DNA of 64,000 bases. Origin: Klebsormidium nitens. Taxonomy: Eukaryota; Plantae; Klebsormidiophyceae. Location: positions 47,446 through 111,445 of the forward strand of contig DF237239.1 of the NCBI GenBank assembly GCA_000708835.1, given 5' to 3'. Below the pieces are notes generated by a model. It worked only from the letters and a program-made list of their open reading frames with translations. It did not search any database and had not been told where the DNA came from. Shown here piece after piece: positions 1-12,100 of the stretch (position 1 is the first letter of the stretch; each line of letters opens with the position of its first letter). The position numbers and the translations under genes were made by a program.

Positions 1-335
1 CAACCACAGTTAACGCCCTTAACTATCAGCGCCTTCCACTGTCCATTTGCGTCAACCGTCCGAGAACTGCCGTGTTCTTTGGCGCCCGATTGTTCTTACT
101 TCCAGCTTGTCATTCTGGGCTTGTCGTGAGTTCCACGCAATGCAACGGTTGCTCGTTCGTCACGTTAATCATCATCATCATTATCCGGACTCATGATGCG
201 ACGGGGTTTCCGGCACAGACTCATTGCATGGTTACAAAGCCATGTTGCGTGGCTCGAACACGTGCCTCATGGACATTCTCGTGCCGTTTACTCCTCAAGA
301 ACTCAAGGAATCTGTAGGCGTTCATTGGCCTCGTC

Positions 336-3300
336 TTACCCTTGTTGCATACTGGGCATGACTGGGAAGTCGGACTCCTTGGCCCGTTTGTAGAGGATGG
401 CGGAAGCTTCGAGCCTGAAGGGAAACATGCGGCCTGCTAGAGATCACGCGCCGATGCCACGGCTGCTTTGAGCGAAGCATTGATGGCAAGCTTCAGAACC
501 GAGGCGGTCGGCTGCACGAAAAGAAAGACTACTGCCATAGAGGAGCGAAACGGGTTGCTTTTTACAGCGACTACTCACCAGTGAGGATTCACCACGTGGC
601 GGTTGTTCTTGAGAGCCCAGTGAACCTGCAAAGCGAAGAGCTCGGAAACTGTAACCTGCACTTCATAACATGGTATAGGCAGAGCCAGGGGCGCAATTGT
701 ACGAGACAGTCCGTCTTCGGCAACAGAAGGTTTTGATGGGCGGAATTGATTACGACTCGACATATCTGGAGCCAGAAAACGTTGATCACGAGTATGACTC
801 CAGGGCCGAAATCCTTGCGGAGACGTTCCCCCGCTACCTTGTCGGTGCCCAAGGCCACGGCCACCACGTGGGTGACGGACTCGTCCAGCTTCAACGTACA
901 CGTGGCACCAAACTGCTCCGCCATGCGCCATTTGCCGTTCTGCTGCGGGTGCGCCGTCCCTTGCTGCAGCAAAGAGAGCGGCCGGAACCGACCGGCTCAG
1001 ACAGCGGAGAGTTTTTTCCAATCAGAATTGCGCAGGGCGCGTTGCAAGCGCAAGCGAGTAGCTATGGAAAACATCCGGAAGAGGAAAAGCACAACAAGCT
1101 CGTGATACGGGAAGCAAGCTTGGCGTGAAGCTGGTCAGAACAACGTCAGGTCGACAAAGCGAAGACGTTGCAATCCTGATCCGGATACAGATTAGGCCCA
1201 GCTGTCTAGCTTGAACTAATCGACAGTCCAATTCCAACTCGGCTCCGTAACAGATGGCCAGGTATGATTTCCTGCTTCCCCCGCCACACGCAAGCCTTCC
1301 TCACCGGGAACACCCTGCTGAACACGATCCGCACTCCCTGCAAAATACTCTTCTGGATCTTCTGCAGGATGTCCCGGGCATCCACCCGGGCTGCATCGCC
1401 ATGTGCCCGGAGCGCCCGGAAGAAGTCCCCGTGCACTTGCTCCATCACCCGGGAAGCTGACGCCAGCATGCCGTCGTGCGCACGCTCGTCGTGGCCCAGC
1501 TCGAACAGCGCCGGGCCCTTCTGGCCGAACTGCTGCGGGCTGCCGGGGAAGTACATGTACCTGCTCAGGGGACGAGAGCCGAGAATAAGTATTGAACTCA
1601 AGAGATATTTCGACAATCAGCCGAGATAAATACAAGGTAACCGCACTGGGACGGGTGGGTTAGTTTGGTGGTTAGGGTGGGTATAGGTGCGGAGCAGGTG
1701 TCTTTTCGGGTTGGGATTTTTAGTGCTTATTATTATCTTGGCTTGTTGTCATATTTCTTGATATTTATAGAAATTGGCAGGCCCCGTTTGCAATACCATA
1801 CCTCACAGTCGGAAGGAGCTGCCAAGCACAGAAGCTTCATCTGCGTGGAGAAGTCAGCTGAGAATCGAGCTGGTCAGAGCTGCATCGCAAGCTGCAGCGA
1901 TCAGAAGCTCGTGGAAGCAAAGGTTGTCTGGGGGACCGACACAGGGTACTGGACCGGATCTTCCTGAGACGCTCGAGGAGGCAGTCACAAAAGAGATATC
2001 CGAAGGCTGATGCTTTTGTCAGCCCCAATCCAAACAAAATGTTCGGTACCCAAACACACAAGGAGAGAAAATGCCAGCGCTGCGGTGCCCACCTTTCGAC
2101 GACGATGAGGTTTTGGAAGTGATGCGGCCACACTTTGACGTTGTCGTCGATGATGAGGACGCAGGACTCCATGCCCAGCACGCCATCCAGATCTTTGCTG
2201 CGCAGCGGGGCGGGGGAGTCCCCCGGGGCAGATGGGGGGTCCTCCAAGGTGTCGCCTTTGCTGATTATCCGCCCGGCGAAGTAGTCCCCGGTCGGGTCCA
2301 GGATCTGGGCCATGCGCGTAGCGTAGACGCTATTTCCCATGGTATAAACGTGAAGCTCGTACAGCTGGCTAGCCTGAACGAGAGAAACCGAGAGGGATTA
2401 GCTTCATGAAAGAGTGGCAGGGAGAGGACGCAACCAGGCGGAGGCCTATGACTTCTGAGCTCGATATCAAAGCAAGATCGCACTGATTGAGCAAGTACAA
2501 AGTCTTCAATAACTGGTTCTTAACCAGTCGGCTTTTCGAAGGCTACCGCCTTGAACAGCATTAGATTTTCACCAATCATTCACACAGCAGGCACGGACGT
2601 AACAGGAACAATGAAGCATTCCTGCTTAACTTCAAGTTCCATGGCATAGCAGGGCGGACCAGTTTCCACAAAAAATCACAGTGGCGTGACTCTCAGCAGT
2701 GACGTCAGCAGTACGCTGTCACCTTCTTGAGGAAGGTCGCGACGCCTGGCCGGAGCTTGGTCCACAGCTGCATGTCTGCGAAGCGGTGCAGCTCGCGCGG
2801 CCGAACGGGGTCGGCCCGACACGCCGCGTCCTCCCCCGCCAGCTTCGCCTCCAGCTTCTCGGCCCACCCGGGGCCCGCAGTCGCGATGTCGGAGAACTGC
2901 GCATGATGAAAGATGATACGACCATCATAGTCTGCTTTGACGTTGCTTCCAGACAAAGTCTGCCAGATTCTCGAGCTTATCTGGAATCTGCTTTGCAGCT
3001 AGATGTCAAGCTGAGGTTCGACGATCGTTGATAGGGGACAAGCAGTCGCAGGCTCAAAGTACGCAGCGCAGAGCATAATTGCTCAAATCGTAGTCCGCAC
3101 CAGCTTCTCCTCGGACTTGAATCTTGATTGGCGTTCTTTCTGGAACACGGATTTACTCACGTCACAAAAAAGGTGGGATTGCATGGATACAGCAAAACGG
3201 GGCCTTCGACCTAGCATGGTGCCGTGTATCCAGTCTGGACATCCCTTCCTCTTTTCTTGCGTATTTCCGCGTCTTGCAAGCACCACCGTGAGCAAGCCGT

Positions 3301-6300
3301 GTCCAAAAAGCAGACGCTGTTCCTTATTCCAGTTCTGTTGTCCTACACGGGCCTCCCGACCACCCACCGTGGCAGAGTTGAGCAGCGTGTGGTCCAAGTC
3401 GAGCACGAGGCACAGCTTCTTGGCCGCCAGCATCCGCTTCTGCTCGCCCAACCTTCGCTCCCGCTCTAGTTCCACCGCTGCCCTCTCCTTCTCGCCAAGC
3501 CCGCTCAAAAGGGCATCCACATGCGGATCCCCGCTGATCGCCGACTGGTTCCCGCCAGGAAGCCCGTCGCTCGGCACACGCGCTTTTTTCAAAATGCCCT
3601 TTAACTTGCTTACCCCGTTCGACACAGGGCCTTTCGTTTCAGACCTCGTCTGGCTCTCAGGCCCGGCTTTTCCTGGGGGCCTTGCTGGCGTAGGGTTGCT
3701 CGTTACCAGCTGCCCGCTTCCCTGCCTTTCGAGCCCGTCCCTCGATCTTGCCCCCTCGCTCTCCGCCCCACTCAGTATAGCCGATTCCACGCTATCCGCG
3801 GTTGACAACGTTTGCGCACTATTCCTCGACTGCCCAGACTCTTGCACACTCTCCACGGCCCTCGAGCCCCTCTCCCCGTTTCCAGCCTCTTTCAAGGGCT
3901 GCGCGTTCTCGCGGGGGGGCGCTTTGGGCGGCCGTCCCAGGTTCGAAGGCTCCGTACCCTTACCCCCCTGCGGCGTTGGCTTTCGAGAAGTCACGACCCG
4001 CGACCCGCTTAACGCGGGGCTGGCAGCGCGGGTGGGCGCTGGGCTTTGGCTGCGCGAACCAGCGGGGCTGGGGGCTCTAGAAACAGTTCCCTTTTCCAAT
4101 CGACCGGGCTTTACTTCGACCGAAACTGCAGCCGTCGCAGGAAGGACCGAGGAGTCAGTCGGACCGTACGACGAGGCGCTTTTCATCTGGAGCCCCTCCT
4201 TCCCTCTCGCTGCTCCTTCAAAGCCCGGAGGTTTTTCCTGCGTTCCACTTTCGTCTTGCCCTTTCAGCCGCCGCCGATTGCCGCTCGCTGCACCTGACGG
4301 CCTTTCCCAAGGCAAGCCCACTTTTCTTGCCGCCGGAGCCTGCAAAGCCCGGGCCTTTACGACCGAATTTTGCGAGGCCCCACTCGCAGAAGCTGGCGGA
4401 GCTGGCGGCGCAAAACCCGGAGGCTCTAGAATCTCCTCTGGCAGATCGTCGTCGTCTTCGAGTGGGGACGGTTTCGGATTTGGAAGCTGCCCCCCGACTG
4501 CATCAATCAGGGGCCTTTCTTGCAGCTTCGGAGGCAACAGCACAGGCTGCCAGGACTCCGCTTCAGGACCCCCCGGGGGGCCCAGCGGAGCTGCCTGCAA
4601 ACCTCTGATAGGCTGCCCGAACAATCTAAACCCGGGCGGAAGGTCGAGACCCTTTGAGGGGGCAGCAGAGGACCCTGCTTTTGGTTGGCTTTCGTCGTCA
4701 GAAAAGGCCTCTTCCATGAGCTCTAGCGGGGGACCGGGCTGGGAGCTTCGCAATTGCACTTTGGGCTGAGGTGCCTTTTGAGAAGCGGTGGAGCTGTGGA
4801 TGTCAAATCCGGGGGGAACGGAAGGGGGGGTGAACGGCTGAGAGAATCCTGGGGGGGGCGCAGACGGATCGACCGGCAGACTGGTGTTGGCTGCGGGTTT
4901 GGGGACTTGTTCTGTTCCGAGGGGTTGGGAAGCCCCTCGCGACTTGCCTTCAGCGTACGCCTGAGCATCCCTTCGAAGAGCGTCCAAATTTTCGGAGAGA
5001 GGCTCTGCGATAATGGCCAACTCTTTGATTGAGGGCATCGCCTCGACGCTGGCCTTAGAAACGATTGGCACGTTTGCAGACGACGAAGCAGGGGCTGGAT
5101 TGCAGGTTATGGAAGGGGCGGAGGTGGGTGCTTGGGATGATGTTACAGCAGGGGGCCCCTGTCGAGTCGCAGCAGCGGGCAGGTCCGTGGATTTCCCAGC
5201 TGCGCCACTGGGGGGGGACTTGCTGACTTTGCTGGTGAGATGCTCCAACCAGCTCTCGACCTGCCAAGAAGCAATTTCGAGGCGGTTTAGTAATCCGACT
5301 GAGAAGAGGGTGGCTGTCATTCAGCAGATCTAGCAAAGGCAAAGGCAGCATGCAGAGGGTCACAAGGACACAAGGGCATGACGATGCAGGTGCATAGAAC
5401 TTGGCCGGAAGGAAGTAGTCAGTCCTTACAAGATGCCACACGCTACCGACTCTGCTTGGCAAAGTATCCGGAGCCAGGATGACAGATTGAGGGTATGCTC
5501 ATACCTCTTTGAATTGCTTCGGTGTGAAGAGCCGACCCATGTCCTTGTGGGCCAGCTTGATCAAGCTACAAAGAACAGAGATGCTAACTCTTCAGGTTCA
5601 CAAAGGCAGCTGATTTGACCAGTCCAGCAAATCGGCAATCCACCACCTCGCTCGGGCTTTGCATGGCATACATAAGACTTTCAAAGTGACCCTTATCCTT
5701 TACAATCCCGGGTCAGGTGGAGAACCCCATTGCGATTTCCAGTGCATGGTTCAGGTCAATTGAGAAGCATGTACAAGAATCATTTACTCACAGATGGCCC
5801 AATGTTTCCACCTGCACAAGAGGATGGTGTGTTCGAATCCAGACGAGACTGCATCGTCGAAAGCTGCCACCAATAGATACTTCAAGAAGAAACCTGCTTT
5901 ACAAATTAAATTAAACTTGTCAAGAAGAAGCTTTACAAGACGCACTCACCTCAGCACAGCGTTGTCTTTCCCCTGGTTGCGCCCTGCTCCGGTAGTGCCA
6001 ATGATGTATGCAGTCCGGATGCCAAAGAAAATGTCGTCAGCAGCTTTTGAAACCACTTCTCGTGGCGCCCCCCCCTTTTTGCTGACGGCCTTGCACAGGT
6101 GCCAGACGGCATCCTCCAAAGTCTGGCATACAGAAGCTAACGACCTGAGCAGAGAAAAGCGTACTTGAGATAAGAGCAGTGCGCGCTCTGAAAACATACG
6201 GAGACTCAGGAAGGGACACAGGATCGGAAAAGGCGCCCTGTGCTCAGGTGATGGTCAAAGAACAAGTCTGCCATGCTGCTCAGTGAAGCTTATCATAGCA

Positions 6301-7669
6301 ACTCTTCCTCACAATGCAATCGAAAAGCAGCTTTGAGTATGACTCCATAAATAGTTGATCGAAAGCGAAGAGGAGCGCATGCATCCCAACGTAGATGATA
6401 TAAGCAGGCGGCATATCGCCGAGTCCAAATTGCTCACTTCATCGCCTGCTGCAAGGAGACCTTCCCCGCCAGTGCGTCTGCCTCCCGCAGCAGCCGGGCC
6501 TGCTCCGCAGCTGCATCCCGCTCCTTTGGCGATCCCCTTCCAGACCTGGGGCTACGCCGATCCCCCTCCTTCTGCCTGACCTTGTCAACCCGGTCCCAGA
6601 ACTCTTTCACAATCGCCCCTACTGAACCGACCGAGTCGGCCCTTCGCTCCCGCCTGTCCTCGCCCCTCGGTGCGGACCGGTCTCTAGAGCTTCGGCCATG
6701 CTGCCTGCTCTCCCCGCCTCTCTTTGAAGAGCGGTTCCTTCGCTCTCGAGAGCGAGACCTCTCACGCCGCCTCCTCTCTCGTTCCTGGCTCTGACTCCTG
6801 GCGCGGTAGCGCCGCTCGCGACCATCTTGAGGGCTTTTTGACAAGCGCCGCCTCCTTGGACTGCGCGATCGATCGCGCCCCCTGGGTGACCTGGACCCTC
6901 GCCTAGGGGACCCCACCCTGCTCTTCATGGGCCCTCGTTCATGGGATTCGCTCACATTGTCCTCTTTGACGCTTCTGGCAGAAACCCCTGGAACCGCTTC
7001 GCTTTCAGGTTCAATCTCCTGCTCAGCCACCGCGTCAACAGCGCCATCAAGATCGTCGTCCGCAATCTCCCCTTCCTCCAACTCTCCCTCTTCTTTCTCC
7101 CCATTGTCCAACGCTGCCTCTGCCGAAAGCCCTGTTTGTTGTTTGCGGCTCTCTTCAGAGATCTCAACAGACTGTGAATGGCTAAAAGTTCGCAAGAGAG
7201 ACTGGTCTCTTCTCGCTGGCGAAGAATCCTCCCTCTTGATCCTTTTTGATGGCGACAAGCCCTCTGTCCAATCCTTTCTCGAAGGGGAGACGTCGTCTTG
7301 CCAGCCTGAACCTTCTGACGCTGTTGAATACTCGGATTTAGACTCTTCTTCCGTATGACAAGCTCGGGCCCAGGCAATGTTAGGATGCGAGTAGAGGAGG
7401 GATGGATCACTGATGGGGGGGTACGAAAGATCTTCAGCTGCGGATCCCTTTCGCAAGGCCCAGAAGAAACGCCCCTTCCCATGTTTTGGAACTCGGAGGG
7501 CGACAGTCTGTGGGACAGGGTGCCCCGCTGGAAGACTTGCCCCTTGACCAAATAAGTCGACTTTTCCTGCTGCATTTGCTGCGTCCTCGGAGCTAAACCC
7601 ATCTCCTGGTCCTGCCGGGCTCTCTGCGATCTCGCCTTCTTCCTGTTCGCTGTTCTCAGAGACAGCCAT
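336..7669 (-). CDS. CPL3: RNA polymerase II CTD phosphatase-like protein (FCP1/CPL3 type), multi-exon: RS-rich/low-complexity N-terminus, FCPH/HAD catalytic domain, C-terminal BRCT domain
   Basis: Minus-strand ORF pieces join into one FCP1-type protein: LCLVLDLDHTLLNSA (DxDxT motif, ~3380-3425), LWTKLRPGVATFLKKV (~2720-2775), MGNSVYATRMAQILDPTGDYFAGRIIS and KDLDGVLGMESCVLIIDDNVKVWPHH (2093-2340), ILQGVRIVFSRVFP (~1290-1340), BRCT WRMAEQFGATCTLKLDESVTHVVA (~860-935), and a last exon 414-336 (LEASAILYKRAKESDFP) ending TAA at 336. The start is placed at MAVSENSEQEEGEI (ATG 7669). Exons between ~5300 and 6200 are not fully resolved. Confidence 0.9.
1597..1762. repeat. Intronic short element: imperfect inverted arms around a telomere-like (CTAACC) core
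   Basis: Arms 1597-1636 and 1726-1762 are imperfect reverse complements. The core 1641-1697 (reverse complement ctccgcacctatacccaccctaaccaccaaactaacccacccgtcccagtgc) closely matches 55831-55886. It lies in CPL intron 2092-1561. Confidence 0.6.
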
Positions 7670-8196
7670 AGACTGCTGCAACGACAGCATTCGACAGATT
7701 GATTGTGAGAGGGGTGGACCATCCCAGTCAAAGCTCGGGGTGGTTTTCATGAGCAGGATAAGTTGGGAGTAGACGCGCAACACGGAGTGGTCACCTCACA
7801 TAGACACCGCTTTCATGACATTCCACCCAGTGATCCAAAAGGTGAGCCAGAAAGATTTGAGCACATTCAAAGCGCCAGGGTTGCCTCCTTTTATGAGCCT
7901 TTGCTGCCTGTTGCCATTCTGCGATAACTTCTACCAGTATCATGTCTTGCACAATGGCCTCGTCGCAACAAGCTAAACTGATTCACCAGGAAGCTCCACA
8001 CTTTTGCACACAGGGTTCTCAATGGTGTCATCCTGCGTGTGTACCCCCAAGCACACCAGTGCTCCCAAGCGCCAGGTTACCTGTTGCAGGAGCCCCATGA
8101 GAAGAGAACATGCTGCACCCTTTGCAACCGCGATTGACAACATGCTGTCCACCGGGGGTATAAATAGTGCTGGTTACCAGCTTTGCCATAATCACC

Positions 8197-8351
8197 NNNN
8201 NNNNNNNNNNNNNNNNNNNNNNNNNNNNNNNNNNNNNNNNNNNNNNNNNNNNNNNNNNNNNNNNNNNNNNNNNNNNNNNNNNNNNNNNNNNNNNNNNNNN
8301 NNNNNNNNNNNNNNNNNNNNNNNNNNNNNNNNNNNNNNNNNNNNNNNNNNN
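8197..8351. other. Assembly gap (N run) in the divergent intergenic region between CPL3 and the LRR-RLK
   Basis: Run of N; ORFs crossing it are artefacts. Confidence 0.99.
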
Positions 8352-9134
8352 AATTTCCATAAGTTGGAAGCATGCGCCTTCGGCCGAAATTTGAATTCCG
8401 GTGGCCGTTGGCGAGAATGACAGCCGGTTTGCCCCAAGTTATACCCCCGGTGGTGGTTTAAAGGAAGCAGGATTTTCGCATGTGTGATCTGACCTGGACT
8501 CTGGAGCCATCTGGAGCTAGGCTCTCGTTCACGATCGGTCCATCGTCGTATGGTTCCCACGAACACATAAAATGCGATGTTACATAATATCTGGATAAAA
8601 CTCTTAAAGCCGGGCGGTACTTGAGGTGGCCGAGAAAACTCTTTTTTGCAGAACTTCGGGTATCTGGCCTGAATCAGACGCCTGATCCAAGTCGGCAGGC
8701 CTTTTGACAGGGCCTTTTACTTATGTAACCTTCTCGAAACTTTCCGCCCGGTGATCCGGATCTTGAGATTTACTCAAATTATAAAGTTTCTTGGTTTCGG
8801 TTTCTTCTGCAGATTGGTATGAGGTACGGTACTTCTCAAGCCGAATTGCTCCTATGGTATGTACCTCGGTGTACCACGTGGATCAGAAATGCCATCCGAT
8901 TGGCTAAGAAATCTGGAAAGCTTTTTGCAGCTTTTCGGTCGACGCGCACCCTATTGTAGCATACTGTGGCACCTTTTCTGAGGCATTTCCGTAGAATCTG
9001 TCAAGACCGGAAGAGCAGGACTTGTGATTGATCTTACAATGAAGAGAGTCACCTTAGGCACATTTACAATCTTTGAGAAGGAATATACAATGTGACGGGC
9101 CCTTACGAGAAGCAAAGGACAGGGGGTCTTAAGC

Positions 9135-12100
9135 ATGGGTGCTCAGTTGCTGTTCTTTAGCGGTTGGCTGGTTGTAAGCTCCATCCTGTTAGGTGTGAAA
9201 GTGCAAGCACAAACGTCAAGCCCTTCGACAAACGCAGGTGAGCTGCCTCACCGCCCCTCATGAAGCGTCATCGACACTGTCTGTGGGCATAGCTTTTAAG
9301 AGAATGTATGCTTTTATGTTTCGTCAGCACCACCCTTCCTCACAGGGGGATCCCCCATTTTTTGCTGAAATGGGAGGTGATATGTAGGGGTGAAATGCAA
9401 TTGTCCTTTCCATCCATCATTTTAAGCCTTCTGATTAATGTGGCGGCCTTCTTGGAGTGGCCATTGGGTGTCCTTCGTTTGCACAAGTCGCCGTTACAAG
9501 TTCTAAAGGCGATAGGAGACCAGGTCCTGAACCAACAAAGGTTATTCAGCGGTCAATATCCATCAACGTGTTTCTGCCTGCAGGCACTCTGTTGGCCGTT
9601 AAGGCAGCCTTTGTCGACAACACCCGGTTGGCCTCTTGGCAGCAGGGCTCTGATCCTTGCGGGTAATGCCCTTTCTCGACGTCTGGAAAACTTCGATGCA
9701 TCTCTGATTTTTGGTTCACAAAGAAGGCCTTTAAAGTATGAGAAAGCATAATGCATCCTGTTGGCAAATGACATCGTCAAGCAAATATACTCCAAGTAAC
9801 ACGTGCTTTTTGAAAGCTCTTGCAAGATGCTTCATTGAAGGGTTTTTAATCCTTTTCGATGTAGCATAGCTCTTGAGAGTTATGGCGGTTTCAGAGATGA
9901 TAGAATGCCGTCATTCATACAGCCTCGATGCTCAGGGAGGAACGTTTCTGCACCACTGCCGGCATCAGCTATTCACAATGTACATTGCACAGGGGACAAG
10001 TCTGGGTGGCAGGGCATATCTTCCGTACAGAAGGAAAAAGAGCCCCTGTTCTCTCTCTAGAGTCCGGAAGACAAGTATGTGACCACCACCACCATCACCA
10101 CCATTGATTAGGCAAAAGCTAAGATGAAATTTGCAAAATGCACAATACACCGACGCGTCTCTATTGTGACTACTCAGGACTCCGGCATGGGAGGGAGTAG
10201 GGTGCACTGCTGGCGTCGTCACCAACCTCACTCTGACGCGCTCTTGCGATGGACGGACACCACCTGACGTGTGAGCTTTCCTCTTTTCCATGTTCTGAAA
10301 AGCACAAGTAGGGCCTCCTCAAATCCTGAGCCTGTGGTAATGCAGAAGAAACTTTTGACACTTTGTTACATTGCACTTACTTCTTCGTTACTCTCAAGCA
10401 TCATGCAATGATCCAAGCTTTCCCCCATCTGTGCTCCCCGGTTCTGTTTGAGACGGGTGAGAAACATTTCTCTTGCTTTCTGTCTGCGGTGCACGTTCTG
10501 GTTGCACCTTGCAAACAGGGCGACCCAGAATCTGCGTCCGCTTCTTGTGTATCCGAGTAAACCCCCTGCAAGCCTCGAATTTTGAATCTAGCTCTTTCTA
10601 ACGTGGTGGTGCAGGTGTTCTGCGAACCAGGCGTGGCCCCGTCTCGTTGGGCCCTTCCCCGCTGCAGTAACGAATTTGACTGGGCTCCAGAGTGAGGACA
10701 TCACCTTATCCTCAGCATTTGCGTAGTTTTCAGCTGAGCTGAGAGGGAGGTTTCCTATGTTTGAAAGTTGCGACACTGATGTGCGGTTTTCGGTTCCTTG
10801 TGAAGACAGTGCATCCTGGATCGAGGTTAGTCGCATGATGCTTTCCCTGTGGGTTCATCACCTCGGTAGGCGAATCCGCAGCGCCGGTGTAAGGGCACTG
10901 AAGTGATACTTCGTCGCTTTGTGCAGTACTTGATCTGGGGAACAACAGCATCTCCGGCCCCTTGCCAGTTCAGCTTGGCCTGCTGCCCCTCAATACATTG
11001 TGAGCTGCGACCCTCATTTGTCCTGTTTCTTCAGATTGCTGTTAAGCTACTGTCCCCTTGGTCGGAGACTATGGTTTTTGTAGAGTGTGGAATATCTCAA
11101 GTGTGAAACCTCGCGGCTTTTTACTTGTTCCTAAGCAGATATAGACAATTCCGTATCCATGCTGACAAAGCGGGTTGTCCTCGTTTACCAAGTTCAGATC
11201 TCTTCTCAGGATTACGCATCAACATATCAGCAGCTGCACACAGTTTCTTGACTTTGCGGGGAGTAAGTAAAGCAGGTCACGTCCGACATGGTGCATCCCT
11301 CTGGTGGTGCTTGTGATTGTGTTCATTGGGCCTTTCTTTGACTCTGCAGAATTCTCAACTCCAACAACCTGAATGGCACCTTGCCGGCATCCCTGGGCGG
11401 TGCAGTCAACATGACCGTCTTGTAAGCGATTTCTACGTATTTGTGCAAGTGATATTACAGCCCATGCCGACTAAACGCGCTGACCCTTTTACATCGTGGA
11501 AATAGTATAAGATGGTCATTGTCTTGGACGGAAGCAAGCGGGCAGGACACCTTGACTGCTAATCAATGGGGACATCTCGTAGCGGGAGTCGATGTTGAAA
11601 AGAGAGCGAGCCTACCTTCTGATGGTGCGCATGTAGATTTTGAGATCCATTTGCCAAGAATTTCTTGCAGGGATTCGGCATGTTTGTGTCTGATGCACTG
11701 CTTAAATACATAAGGCACGCTTCGCAAATGATTACCACCCTGCGCACTGCCACTTTTGATGACCCTGTCTTTTGTTCTTCTGCAGTCTCCTCGATGGGAA
11801 CAGCTTCAGTGGGCCCCTCCCTACCTCGTTCGCCAACCTGACTAGCCTCCAGCTTGTGGGCCTTGGCAAGAATCAGTTCTCTGGGCCCCTCCCGGCCTTC
11901 ATCTTTCGAAGCTGGACGCAAATGAAATATCTGTAAGCAAGCAATACCCTCGCTTGATGTCACCTGTAGGATCAGGTGGATCGATCATCCTGTCAAGATG
12001 GGGCTGGAGTGAAGAAAGTTGCTGTCCATTTGCATAAGCTTTTGAACCCTCTGCTGTTGAGTCTGAAGGATAGAGAAGTGAAAGGCAAACGTTTGATGGC

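Noticed and set aside
697-1128. 143-aa plus-strand ORF
   Set aside because: Overlaps the CPL3 BRCT exon on the opposite strand and has no recognisable motif.
3117-4769. 550-aa plus-strand ORF
   Set aside because: Antisense shadow of the large GC-rich, low-complexity CPL3 exon; no domain features.
8004-8566. ORFs spanning the first N run
   Set aside because: Open only because N codons cannot be stops; the flanks show no overlap and no coding signal.
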